Part shown: positions 1-14,750 of the stretch, piece by piece | How the letters are laid out: each line of letters begins with the position of its first letter | How positions within the stretch are numbered: position 1 is the stretch's first letter | From: Eledone cirrhosa | Taxonomy: Eukaryota | Direction: 5' to 3' | Assembly: GCA_964016885.1 (NCBI GenBank) | Contig: OZ024742.1 | Location: 346,704,001 to 346,768,000 of the forward strand | DNA: 64,000 bases | Position numbers and translations under genes: made by a program | Notes under the pieces: model-generated | Told to the model about the DNA's origin: nothing | Databases searched by the model: none | Seen by the model: only the letters and a program-made list of their open reading frames with translations

Positions 1-864
1 TATAAGCCTACATTAAGATACTTGTAATATAATCCTACATTAAGATACTTGTAATATAAGCCTACATTAAGATACTCGTAATATAAGCCTACATTAAGAT
101 ACTTGTATTATAAGCCTACATTAAGATACTTGTAATATAATCCCACATTAAGATACTTGTATTATAAGCCTTCATTAAGATACTTGTAATATAAGCCTAC
201 ATTAAGATACTTGTATTATAAGCCTACATTGAGATACTTGTATTATAAGCCCACATTAAGACACTTGTAATATAAGCCAACATTAAGATACTTGTAATAT
301 AAGCCTCCATTAAGATACTTGTATTATAAGCCTACATTAAGATACTTGTAATATAAGCCTACATTAAGATACTTGTATTATAAGCCTTCATTAAGATACT
401 TGTAATATAAGCCTACATTAAGATACTTGTATTATAAGCCTTCATTGAGATACTTGTATTATAAGCCAACATTAAGACACTTGTAATATAAGCCTACATT
501 AAGATACTTGTATTATAAGTCAACATTAAGAGACTTGTAATATAAGCCGACATTAAGATACTTGTATTATAAGCCTACATTAAGATACTTGTAATATAAG
601 CCTACATTAAGATACTTGTATTATAAGCCTACATTAAGATACTTGCATTATAAGCCCACATTAAGATACTTGTAATATAAGCCTACATTAAGATACTTGT
701 ATTATAATCCTACATTAAGATACTTGTATTATAAGCCCACATTAAGATACTTGTAATATAATCCCACATTAAGATACTTGTAATATAATCCCACGTTAAG
801 ATACGTGTAAAATAAGCCAACATTAAGATACTTGTAATATAAGCCTACATTAAGATACTCGTAA

Positions 865-3800
865 TATAAGCCTACATTAAGATACTTGTAATATAAGCCA
901 ACATTAAGATACTTGTAATATAAGCCCACATTAAGATACTTGTAATATAAGCCAACATTAAGATACTTGTATTATAAGCCTACATTAAAATACTTGTAAT
1001 ATAAGCCGACATTAAGATACTTGTAATATAAGCCTTCATTAAGATACTTATAATATAAGCCAACATTAAGATATTTGTATTATAAGCCTACATTAAGATA
1101 CTTGTAATATAAGCCTACATTAAGATAATTGTATTATAAGCCTACATTAAGATACTTGTAATATAAGCCTAAATTAAGATACTTGTATTATAAGCCCACA
1201 TTAAGATACTTGTAATATAAGCCAACATTAAGATACTTGTATTATAAGCCTACATTAAGATACTTGGAATATAAGCCTACATTAAGATACTTGTATTATA
1301 AGCCAATATTAAGATACTTGTATTATAATCCCACATTAAGATACTTGTAATATAAGCTTACATTAAGATACTTGTATTATAAGCCCACATTAAGATACTT
1401 GTATTATAATCCCACATTAAGATACTTGTAATATAAGCCTACATTAAGATACTTGTATTATAAGCCCACATTAAGATACGTGTAATATAAGCCAACATTA
1501 AGATACTTGTAATATAAGCCTAAATTAAGATGCTCGTAATATAAGCCTCCATTAAGATACTTGTATTATAAGCCTACATTAAGATACTTGTATTATAAGC
1601 CAACATTAAGATACTTGTAATATAAGTCTACATTAAGATACTTGTAATATAAGCCTACATAAAGATACTTGTATTATAAGCCTACATTAAGATACTTGTA
1701 TTATAAGCCTACATTAAGATACTTGTAATATAAGCCAACATTAAGATACTTGTAATATAAGCCAACATTAAGATACTTGTATTATAAGCCTACATTAAGA
1801 TACTTGTAATATAAGCCCACATTAAGATACTTGTAATATAAGCCTACATTAAGATACGTGTAATATAAGCCTACATTAAGATACTTGTAATATAAGCCTA
1901 CATTAAGATACATGTAATATAAGCCTTCATTAAGATACTTGTAATATAAGCCTACTTTAAGATACTTGTATTATAAGCCTACATTAAGATACTTGTATTA
2001 TAAGCCCACATTAAGACACTTGTAATATAAGCCTAGATTAAGATACTTGTATTATAAGTCTACATTAAGATACTTGTAATATAAGCCCGCATTAAGATAC
2101 TTGTATTATAAGCCTAAATTAAGATACTTGTAATATAAGACTACATTAAGATACTTGTATTATAACCCTACATTAAGATACTTGCATTATAAGTCCACAT
2201 TAAGATACTTGTAATATAAGCCTACATTAAGATACTTGTATTATAAGCCTACATTAAGATACTTGTATTATAAGCCCACATTAAGATACTTGTAATATAA
2301 TCTCACATTAAGATACTTGTAATATAATCCCACATTAAGATACTTGTTATATAATCCAACATTAAGATACTTGTAATATAAGCCTACATTAAGATACTTG
2401 TAATATAATCCCACATTAAGATACTTGTAATATAAGCCTAGGTTAAGATACGTGTAATATAAGCCAACATTAAGATACTTGTAATATAAGCCTACATTAA
2501 GATACTCGTAATATAAGCCTACATTAAGATACTTGTAATATAAGCCAACATTAAGATACTTGTATTATAAGCCTACATTAAGATACTTGTAATATAAGCC
2601 GACATTAAGATACTTGTAATATAAGCCCACATTAAGATACTTGTAATATAAGCCTTCATTAAGATACCTGTATTATAAACCTACATTAACATACTTGTAA
2701 TATAAGCCTAAATTAAGATAGTTGTATTATAAGCATACATTAAGATACTTGTATTATAAGCCGACATTAAGATACTTGTAATATAAGCCAACATTAAGAT
2801 ACTTGTAATATAAGCCTACATTAAGATACTTGTAATATAAGCCTACATTAAGATACTTGTATTATAAGCCTACATTAAGATACTTGTATTATAATCCCAC
2901 ATTAAGATACTTGTAATATAAGCCTACATTAAGGTACTTGTATTATAAGCCCACATTCAGATACTTGTATTATAAGCCCACATTAAGATACTTGTAATAT
3001 AAGCCAACATTAAGATACTTGTAATATAAGTCTACATTAAGATACTCGTAATATAAGCCTACATTAAGATGCTTGTAATATAAGCCTACATTAAGATACT
3101 TGTAATATAATCCTACATTAAGATACTTGTAATATAAGCCTACATTAAGATACTCGTAATATAAGCCTACATTAAGATACTTGTATTATAAGCCTACATT
3201 AAGATACTTGTAATATAATCCCACATTAAGATACTTGTATTATAAGCCTTCATTAAGATACTTGTAATATAAGCCTACATTAAGATACTTGTATTATAAG
3301 CCTACATTGAGATACTTGTATTATAAGCCCACATTAAGACACTTGTAATATAAGCCAACATTAAGATACTTGTAATATAAGCCTACATTAAGATACTTGT
3401 ATTATAAGCCTACATTAAGATACTTGTAATATAAGCCTACATTAAGATACTTGTATTATAAGCCTACATTAAGATACTTGTAATATAAGCCAACATTAAG
3501 ATACTTGTAATATAAGCCCACATTAAGATACTTGTAATATAAGCCAACATTAAGATACTTGTATTATAAGCCTACATTAAAATACTTGTAATATAAGCCG
3601 ACATTAAGATACTTGTAATATAAGCCTTCATTAAGATACTTATAATATAAGCCAACATTAAGATATTTGTATTATAAGCCTACATTAAGATACTTGTAAT
3701 ATAAGCCTACATTAAGATAATTGTATTATAAGCCTACATTAAGATACTTGTAATATAAGCCTAATTAAGATACTTGTATTATAAGCCCACATTAAGATAC

Positions 3801-6050
3801 TTGTAATATAAGCCAACATTAAGATACTTGTATTATAAGCCTACATTAAGATACTTGGAATATAAGCCTACATTAAGATACTTGTATTATAAGCCAATAT
3901 TAAGATACTTGTATTATAATCCCACATTAAGATACTTGTAATATAAGCTTACATTAAGATACTTGTATTATAAGCCCACATTAAGATACTTGTATTATAA
4001 TCCCACATTAAGATACTTGTAATATAAGCCTACATTAAGATACTTGTATTATAAGCCCACATTAAGATACGTGTAATATAAGCCAACATTAAGATACTTG
4101 TAATATAAGCCTAAATTAAGATGCTCGTAATATAAGCCTCCATTAAGATACTTGTATTATAAGCCTACATTAAGATACTTGTATTATAAGCCAACATTAA
4201 GATACTTGTAATATAAGTCTACATTAAGATACTTGTAATATAAGCCTACATAAAGATACTTGTATTATAAGCCTACATTAAGATACTTGTATTATAAGCC
4301 TACATTAAGATACTTGTAATATAAGCCAACATTAAGATACTTGTAATATAAGCCAACATTAAGATACTTGTATTATAAGCCTACATTAAGATACTTGTAA
4401 TATAAGCCCACATTAAGATACTTGTAATATAAGCCTACATTAAGATACGTGTAATATAAGCCTACATTAAGATACTTGTAATATAAGCCTACATTAAGAT
4501 ACATGTAATATAAGCCTTCATTAAGATACTTGTAATATAAGCCTACTTTAAGATACTTGTATTATAAGCCTACATTAAGATACTTGTATTATAAGCCCAC
4601 ATTAAGACACTTGTAATATAAGCCTAGATTAAGATACTTGTATTATAAGTCTACATTAAGATACTTGTAATATAAGCCCGCATTAAGATACTTGTATTAT
4701 AAGCCTAAATTAAGATACTTGTAATATAAGACTACATTAAGATACTTGTATTATAACCCTACATTAAGATACTTGCATTATAAGTCCACATTAAGATACT
4801 TGTAATATAAGCCTACATTAAGATACTTGTATTATAAGCCTACATTAAGATACTTGTATTATAAGCCCACATTAAGATACTTGTAATATAATCTCACATT
4901 AAGATACTTGTAATATAATCCCACATTAAGATACTTGTTATATACTCCAACATTAAGATACTTGTAATATAAGCCTACATTAAGATACTTGTAATATAAT
5001 CCCACATTAAGATACTTGTAATATAAGCCTAGGTTAAGATACGTGTAATATAAGCCAACATTAAGATACTTGTAATATAAGCCTACATTAAGATACTCGT
5101 AATATAAGCCTACATTAAGATACTTGTAATATAAGCCAACATTAAGATACTTGTATTATAAGCCTACATTAAGATACTTGTAATATAAGCCGACATTAAG
5201 ATACTTGTAATATAAGCCCACATTAAGATACTTGTAATATAAGCCTTCATTAAGATACCTGTATTATAAACCTACATTAACATACTTGTAATATAAGCCT
5301 AAATTAAGATAGTTGTATTATAAGCATACATTAAGATACTTGTATTATAAGCCGACATTAAGATACTTGTAATATAAGCCAACATTAAGATACTTGTAAT
5401 ATAAGCCTACATTAAGATACTTGTAATATAAGCCTACATTAAGATACTTGTATTATAAGCCTACATTAAGATACTTGTATTATAATCCCACATTAAGATA
5501 CTTGTAATATAAGCCTACATTAAGGTACTTGTATTATAAGCCCACATTCAGATACTTGTATTATAAGCCCACATTAAGATACTTGTAATATAAGCCAACA
5601 TTAAGATACTTGTAATATAAGTCTACATTAAGATACTCGTAATATAAGCCTACATTAAGATGCTTGTAATATAAGCCTACATTAAGATACTTGTAATATA
5701 ATCCTACATTAAGATACATGTAATATAAGCCTACATTAAGATACTCGTAATATAAGCCTACATTAAGATACTTGTATTATAAGCCTACATTAAGATACTT
5801 GTAATATAATCCCACATTAAGATACTTGTATTATAAGCCTTCATTAAGATACTTGTAATATAAGCCTACATTAAGATACTTGTATTATAAGCCTACATTG
5901 AGATACTTGTATTATAAGCCCACATTAAGACACTTGTAATATAAGCCAACATTAAGATACTTGTAATATAAGCCTACATTAAGATACTTGTATTATAAGC
6001 CTACATTAAGATACTTGTAATATAAGCCTACATTAAGATACTTGTATTAT
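865..6050. repeat. Tandem duplication of a 96-monomer (2592-bp) block: about 865-3460 and 3460-6050
   Basis: Rare variants recur in order: TTAAAATAC at 987/3579 (offset 2592) and CCTAGGTT at 2441/5032 (offset 2591 after the 1-bp deletion at about 3763). Confidence 0.9.
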
Positions 6051-9000
6051 AAGCCTTCATTAAGATACTTGTAATATAAGCCTACATTAAGATACTTGTA
6101 TTATAAGCCTACATTGAGATACTTGTATTATAAGCCAACATTAAGACACTTGTAATATAAGCCTACATTAAGATACTTGTATTATAAGTCTACATTAAGA
6201 TACTTGTAATATAAGCCGACATTAAGATACTTGTATTATAAGCCTACATTAAGATACTTGTAATATAAGCCTACAATAAGATACTTGTATTATAAGCCTA
6301 CATTAAGATACTTGCATTATTAGCCCACATTAAGATACTTGTAATATAAGCCTACATTAAGATACTTGTATTATAATCCTACATTAAGATACTTGTATTA
6401 TAAGCTCCCATTAAGATACTTGTAATATAATCCCACATTAAGATACTTGTAATATAATCCCACGTTATGATACGTGTAAAATAAGCCAACATTAAGATAC
6501 TTGTAATATAAGCTTACATTAAGATACTCGTAATATAAGCCTACATTAATATACTTGTAATATAAGCCAACATTAAGATATTTGTATTATAAGCCTACAT
6601 TAAGATACTTGTAATATAAGCCTACATTAAGATAATTGTATTATAAGCCTACATTAAGATACTTGTAATATAAGCCTAAATTAAGATACTTGTATTATAA
6701 GCCCACATTAAGATACTTGTATTATAAGCCAATATTAAGATACTTGTATTATAATCCCACATTAAGATACTTGTAATATAAGCTTACATTAAGATACTTG
6801 TATTATAAGCCCACATTAAGATACTTGTATTATAATCCCACATTAAGATACTTGTAATATAAGCCTACATTAAGATACTTGTATTATAAGCCCACATTAA
6901 GATACGTGTAATATAAGCCAACATTAAGATACTTGTAATATAAGCCTAAATTAAGATGCTCGTAATATAAGCCTCCATTAAGATACTTGTATTATAAGCC
7001 TACATTAAGATACTTGTATTATAAGCCAACATTAAGATACTTGTAATATAAGCCTTCATTAAGATACTTGTAATATAAGTCTACATTAAGATACTTGTAA
7101 TATAAGCCTATATTAAGATACTTGTATTATAAGCCTACATTAAGATACTTGTATTATAAGCCTACATTAAGATACTTGTAATATAAGCCAACATTAAGAT
7201 ACTTGTAATATAAGCCAACATTAAGATACTTGTATTATAAGCCTACATTAAGATACTTGTAATATAAGCCTACATTAAGATACTTGTAATATAATCCTAC
7301 ATTAAGATACATGTATTATAAGCCTTCATTAAGATACTTGTAATATAAGCCTACTTTAAGATACTTGTATTATAAGCCTACATTAAGATACTTGTATTAT
7401 AAGCCCACATTAAGACACTTGTAATATAAGCCTACATTAAGATACTTGTATTATAAGTCTACATTAAGATACTTGTAATATAAGCCCGCATTAAGATACT
7501 TGTATTATAAGCCTAAATTAAGATACTTGTAATATAAGCCTACATTAAGATACTTGTATTATAACCCTACATTAAGATACTTGCATTATAAGTCCACATT
7601 AAGATACTTGTAATATAAGCCTACATTAAGATACTTGTAATATAAGCTTACATTAAGATACTTGTAATATAAGCCTAAATTAAGATACTTGTATTATAAG
7701 CCCACATTAAGATACTTGTATTATAAGCCAATATTAAGATACTTGTATTATAATCCCACATTAAGATACTTGTAATATAAGCTTACATTAAGATACTTGT
7801 ATTATAAGCCCACATTAAGATACTTGTATTATAATCCCACATTAAGATACTTGTAATATAAGCCTACATTAAGATACTTGTATTATAAGCCAACATTAAG
7901 ATACGTGTAATATAAGCCAACATTAAGATACTTGTAATATAAGCCTAAATTAAGATGCTCGTAATATAAGCCTCCATTAAGATACTTGTATTATAAGCCT
8001 ACATTAAGATACTTGTATTATAAGCCAACATTAAGATACTTGTAATATAAGCCTTCATTAAGATACTTGTAATATAAGTCTACATTAAGATACTTGTAAT
8101 ATAAGCCTACATTACGATACTTGTATTATAAGCCTACATTAAGATACTTGTATTATAAGCCTACATTAAGATACTTGTAATATAAGCCAACATTAAGATA
8201 CTTGTAATATAAGCCAACATTAAGATACTTGTATTATAAGTCTACATTAAGAGACTTGTATTATAAGCCCACATTAAGATACTTGTAATATAAGCCTTCA
8301 TTAAGGTACTTGTAATATAAGTCTACATTAAGATACTTGTAATATAAGCCTCCATTAAGATACTTGTATTATAAGCCTGCATTAAGATACTTGTATTATA
8401 AGCCTACATTAAGATACTTGTAATATAAGCCTACATTAAGATACTTGTAATATAAGCCAACATTAAGATACTTGTAATATAAGCCAACATTAAGATACTT
8501 GTATTATAAGCCTACATTAAGATACTTGTAATATAAGCCGACATTAAGATACTTGTAATATATGCGAAAATTAAGATACTTGTAATATAAGCCAACATTA
8601 AGATACTTGTAATATAAGCCTTCATTAAGATACCTGTATTATAAGCCTGCATTAAGATACTTGTAATATAACCCTACATTAAGATACATGTATTATAAGC
8701 CTACATTAAGATACTTGTAATATAAGCCTAAATTAAGATAGTTGTATTATAAGCATACATTAAGATACTTGTATTATAAGCCTACATTAAGATACTTGTA
8801 ATATAAGCCAACATTAAGATACTTGTATTATAAGCCTACATTAAGATACTTGTAATATAAGCCTGCATTAAGATACTTGTATTATAAGCCTACATTAAGA
8901 TACTTGTATTATAATCCCACATTAAGATACTTGTAATATAAGCCTACATTAAGATACTTGTATTATAAGCACACATTCAGACACTTGTATTATAAGCCTA

Positions 9001-12000
9001 CATTAAGATACTTGTAATATAAGCCAACATTAAGATACTTGTAATATAAGTCTACATTAAGATACTCGTAATATAAGCCTACATTAAGATGTTTGTAATA
9101 TAAGCCTACATTAAGATACTTGTAATATAATCCTACATTAAGATACTTGTAATATAAGCCTACATTAAGATACTCGTAATATAAGCCTACATTAAGATAC
9201 TTGTATTATAAGCCTACATTAAGATACTTGTAATATAATCCCACATTAAGATACTTGTATTATAAGCCTTCATTAAGATACTTGTAATATAAGCCTACAT
9301 TAAGATACTTGTATTATAAGCCTACATTGAGATACTTGTATTATAAGCCCACATTAAGACACTTGTAATATAAGCCAACATTAAGATACTTGTAATATAA
9401 GCCTCCATTAAGATACTTGTATTATAAGCCTACATTAAGATACTTGTAATATAAGCCTACATTAAGATACTTGTATTATAAGCCTTCATTAAGATACTTG
9501 TAATATAAGCCTACATTAAGATACTTGTATTATAAGCCTTCATTGAGATACTTGTATTATAAGCCAACATTAAGACACTTGTAATATAAGCCTACATTAA
9601 GATACTTGTATTATAAGTCTACATTAAGAGACTTGTAATATAAGCCGACATTAAGATACTTGTATTATAAGCCTACATTAAGATACTTGTAATATAAGCC
9701 TACATTAAGATACTTGTATTATAAGCCTACATTAAGATACTTGCATTATAAGCCCACATTAAGATACTTGTAATATAAGCCTACATTAAGATACTTGTAT
9801 TATAATCCTACATTAAGATACTTGTATTATAAGCCCACATTAAGATACTTGTAATATAATCCCACATTAAGATACTTGTAATATAATCCCACGTTAAGAT
9901 ACGTGTAAAATAAGCCAACATTAAGATACTTGTAATATAAGCCTACATTAAGATACTCGTAATATAAGCCTACATTAAGATACTTGTAATATAAGCCAAC
10001 ATTAAGATACTTGTAATATAAGCCCACATTAAGATACTTGTAATATAAGCCAACATTAAGATACTTGTATTATAAGCCTACATTAAAATACTTGTAATAT
10101 AAGCCGACATTAAGATACTTGTAATATAAGCCTTCATTAAGATACTTATAATATAAGCCAACATTAAGATATTTGTATTATAAGCCTACATTAAGATACT
10201 TGTAATATAAGCCTACATTAAGATAATTGTATTATAAGCCTACATTAAGATACTTGTAATATAAGCCTAAATTAAGATACTTGTATTATAAGCCCACATT
10301 AAGATACTTGTAATATAAGCCAACATTAAGATACTTGTATTATAAGCCTACATTAAGATACTTGGAATATAAGCCTACATTAAGATACTTGTATTATAAG
10401 CCAATATTAAGATACTTGTATTATAATCCCACATTAAGATACTTGTAATATAAGCTTACATTAAGATACTTGTATTATAAGCCCACATTAAGATACTTGT
10501 ATTATAATCCCACATTAAGATACTTGTAATATAAGCCTACATTAAGATACTTGTATTATAAGCCCACATTAAGATACGTGTAATATAAGCCAACATTAAG
10601 ATACTTGTAATATAAGCCTAAATTAAGATGCTCGTAATATAATCCTCCATTAAGATACTTGTATTATAAGCCTACATTAAGATACTTGTATTATAAGCCA
10701 ACATTAAGATACTTGTAATATAAGTCTACATTAAGATACTTGTAATATAAGCCTACATAAAGATACTTGTATTATAAGCCTACATTAAGATACTTGTATT
10801 ATAAGCCTACATTAAGATACTTGTAATATAAGCCAACATTAAGATACTTGTAATATAAGCCAACATTAAGATACTTGTATTATAAGCCTACATTAAGATA
10901 CTTGTAATATAAGCCCACATTAAGATACTTGTAATATAAGCCTACATTAAGATACGTGTAATATAAGCCTACATTAAGATACTTGTAATATAAGCCTACA
11001 TTAAGATACATGTAATATAAGCCTTCATTAAGATACTTGTAATATAAGCCTACTTTAAGATACTTGTATTATAAGCCTACATTAAGATACTTGTATTATA
11101 AGCCCACATTAAGACACTTGTAATATAAGCCTAGATTAAGATACTTGTATTATAAGTCTACATTAAGATACTTGTAATATAAGCCCGCATTAAGATACTT
11201 GTATTATAAGCCTAAATTAAGATACTTGTAATATAAGACTACATTAAGATACTTGTATTATAACCCTACATTAAGATACTTGCATTATAAGTCCACATTA
11301 AGATACTTGTAATATAAGCCTACATTAAGATACTTGTATTATAAGCCTACATTAAGATACTTGTATTATAAGCCCATATTAAGATACTTGTAATATAATC
11401 TCACATTAAGATACTTGTAATATAATCCCACATTAAGATACTTGTTATATAATCCAACATTAAGATACTTGTAATATAAGCCTACATTAAGATACTTGTA
11501 ATATAATCCCACATTAAGATACTTGTAATATAAGCCTAGGTTAAGATACGTGTAATATAAGCCAACATTAAGATACTTGTAATATAAGCCTACATTAAGA
11601 TACTCGTAATATAAGCCTACATTAAGATACTTGTAATATAAGCCAACATTAAGATACTTGTATTATAAGCCTACATTAAGATACTTGTAATATAAGCCGA
11701 CATTAAGATACTTGTAATATAAGCCCACATTAAGATACTTGTAATATAAGCCTTCATTAAGATACCTGTATTATAAACCTACATTAACATACTTGTAATA
11801 TAAGCCTAAATTAAGATAGTTGTATTATAAGCATACATTAAGATACTTGTATTATAAGCCGACATTAAGATACTTGTAATATAAGCCAACATTAAGATAC
11901 TTGTAATATAAGCCTACATTAAGATACTTGTAATATAAGCCTACATTAAGATACTTGTATTATAAGCCTACATTAAGATACTTGTATTATAATCCCACAT

Positions 12001-14750
12001 TAAGATACTTGTAATATAAGCCTACATTAAGGTACTTGTATTATAAGCCCACATTCAGATACTTGTATTATAAGCCCACATTAAGATACTTGTAATATAA
12101 GCCAACATTAAGATACTTGTAATATAAGTCTACATTAAGATACTCGTAATATAAGCCTACATTAAGATGCTTGTAATATAAGCCTACATTAAGATACTTG
12201 TAATATAATCCTACATTAAGATACTTGTAATATAAGCCTACATTAAGATACTCGTAATATAAGCCTACATTAAGATACTTGTATTATAAGCCTACATTAA
12301 GATACTTGTAATATAATCCCACATTAAGATACTTGTATTATAAGCCTTCATTAAGATACTTGTAATATAAGCCTACATTAAGATACTTGTATTATAAGCC
12401 TACATTGAGATACTTGTATTATAAGCCCACATTAAGACACTTGTAATATAAGCCAACATTAAGATACTTGTAATATAAGCCTACATTAAGATACTTGTAT
12501 TATAAGCCTACATTAAGATACTTGTAATATAAGCCTACATTAAGATACTTGTATTATAAGCCTTCATTAAGATACTTGTAATATAAGCCTACATTAAGAT
12601 ACTTGTATTATAAGCCTACATTGAGATACTTGTATTATAAGCCAACATTAAGACACTTGTAATATAAGCCTACATTAAGATACTTGTATTATAAGTCTAC
12701 ATTAAGATACTTGTAATATAAGCCGACATTAAGATACTTGTATTATAAGCCTACATTAAGATACTTGTAATATAAGCCTACAATAAAATACTTGTATTAT
12801 AAGCCTACATTAAGATACTTGCATTATTAGCCCACATTAAGATACTTGTAATATAAGCCTACATTAAGATACTTGTATTATAATCCTACATTAAGATACT
12901 TGTATTATAAGCTCCCATTAAGATACTTGTAATATAATCCCACATTAAGATACTTGTAATATAATCCCACGTTATGATACGTGTAAAATAAGCCAACATT
13001 AAGATACTTGTAATATAAGCTTACATTAAGATACTCGTAATATAAGCCTACATTAATATACTTGTAATATAAGCCAACATTAAGATATTTGTATTATAAG
13101 CCTACATTAAGATACTTGTAATATAAGCCTACATTGAGATAATTGTATTATAAGCCTACATTAAGATACTTGTAATATAAGCCTAAATTAAGATACTTGT
13201 ATTATAAGCCCACATTAAGATACTTGTATTATAAGCCAATATTAAGATACTTGTATTATAATCCCACATTAAGATACTTGTAATATAAGCTTACATTAAG
13301 ATACTTGTATTATAAGCCCACATTAAGATACTTGTATTATAATCCCACATTAAGATACTTGTAATATAAGCCTACATTAAGATACTTGTATTATAAGCCC
13401 ACATTAAGATACGTGTAATATAAGCCAACATTAAGATACTTGTAATATAAGCCTAAATTAAGATGCTCGTAATATAAGCCTCCATTAAGATACTTGTATT
13501 ATAAGCCTACATTAAGATACTTGTAGTATAAGCCAACATTAAGATACTTGTAATATAAGCCTTCATTAAGATACTTGTAATATAAGTCTACATTAAGATA
13601 CTTGTAATATAAGCCTATATTAAGATACTTGTATTATAAGCCTACATTAAGATACTTGTATTATAAGCCTACATTAAGATACTTGTAATATAAGCCAACA
13701 TTAAGATACTTGTAATATAAGCCAACATTAAGATACTTGTATTATAAGCCTACATTAAGATACTTGTAATATAAGCCTACATTAAGATACTTGTAATATA
13801 ATCCTACATTAAGATACATGTATTATAAGCCTTCATTAAGATACTTGTAATATAAGCCTACTTTAAGATACTTGTATTATAAGCCTACATTAAGATACTT
13901 GTATTATAAGCCCACATTAAGACACTTGTAATATAAGCCTACATTAAGATACTTGTATTATAAGTCTACATTAAGATACTTGTAATATAAGCCCGCATTA
14001 AGATACTTGTATTATAAGCCTAAATTAAGATACTTGTAATATAAGCCTACATTAAGATACTTGTATTATAACCCTACATTAAGATACTTGCATTATAAGT
14101 CCACATTAAGATACTTGTAATATAAGCCTACATTAAGATACTTGTAATATAAGCTTACATTAAGATACTTGTAATATAAGCCTAAATTAAGATACTTGTA
14201 TTATAAGCCCACATTAAGATACTTGTATTATAAGCCAATATTAAGATACTTGTATTATAATCCCACATTAAGATACTTGTAATATAAGCTTACATTAAGA
14301 TACTTGTATTATAAGCCCACATTAAGATACTTGTATTATAATCCCACATTAAGATACTTGTAATATAAGCCTACATTAAGATACTTGTATTATAAGCCAA
14401 CATTAAGATACGTGTAATATAAGCCAACATTAAGATACTTGTATTATAAGCCTAAATTAAGATGCTCGTAATATAAGCCTCCATTAAGATACTTGTATTA
14501 TAAGCCTACATTAAGATACTTGTATTATAAGCCAACATTAAGATACTTGTAATATAAGCCTTCATTAAGATACTTGTAATATAAGTCTACATTAAGATAC
14601 TTGTAATATAAGCCTACATTACGATACTTGTATTATAAGCCTACATTAAGATACTTGTATTATAAGCCTACATTAAGATACTTGTAATATAAGCCAACAT
14701 TAAGATACTTGTAATATAAGCCAACATTAAGATACTTGTATTATAAGCCT
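3470..14750. repeat. Duplicated segment of about 4.8 kb: 3470-8240 and 9980-14750 (offset 6507 = 241 monomers); 1-3460 also matches 9099-12560 (offset 9098)
   Basis: Markers AGG at 5032/11539, TTAGCCC at 6321/12828 and TTACGAT at 8114/14621. Identical ORFs at 729 and 9827 (337x27-1). Confidence 0.88.
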
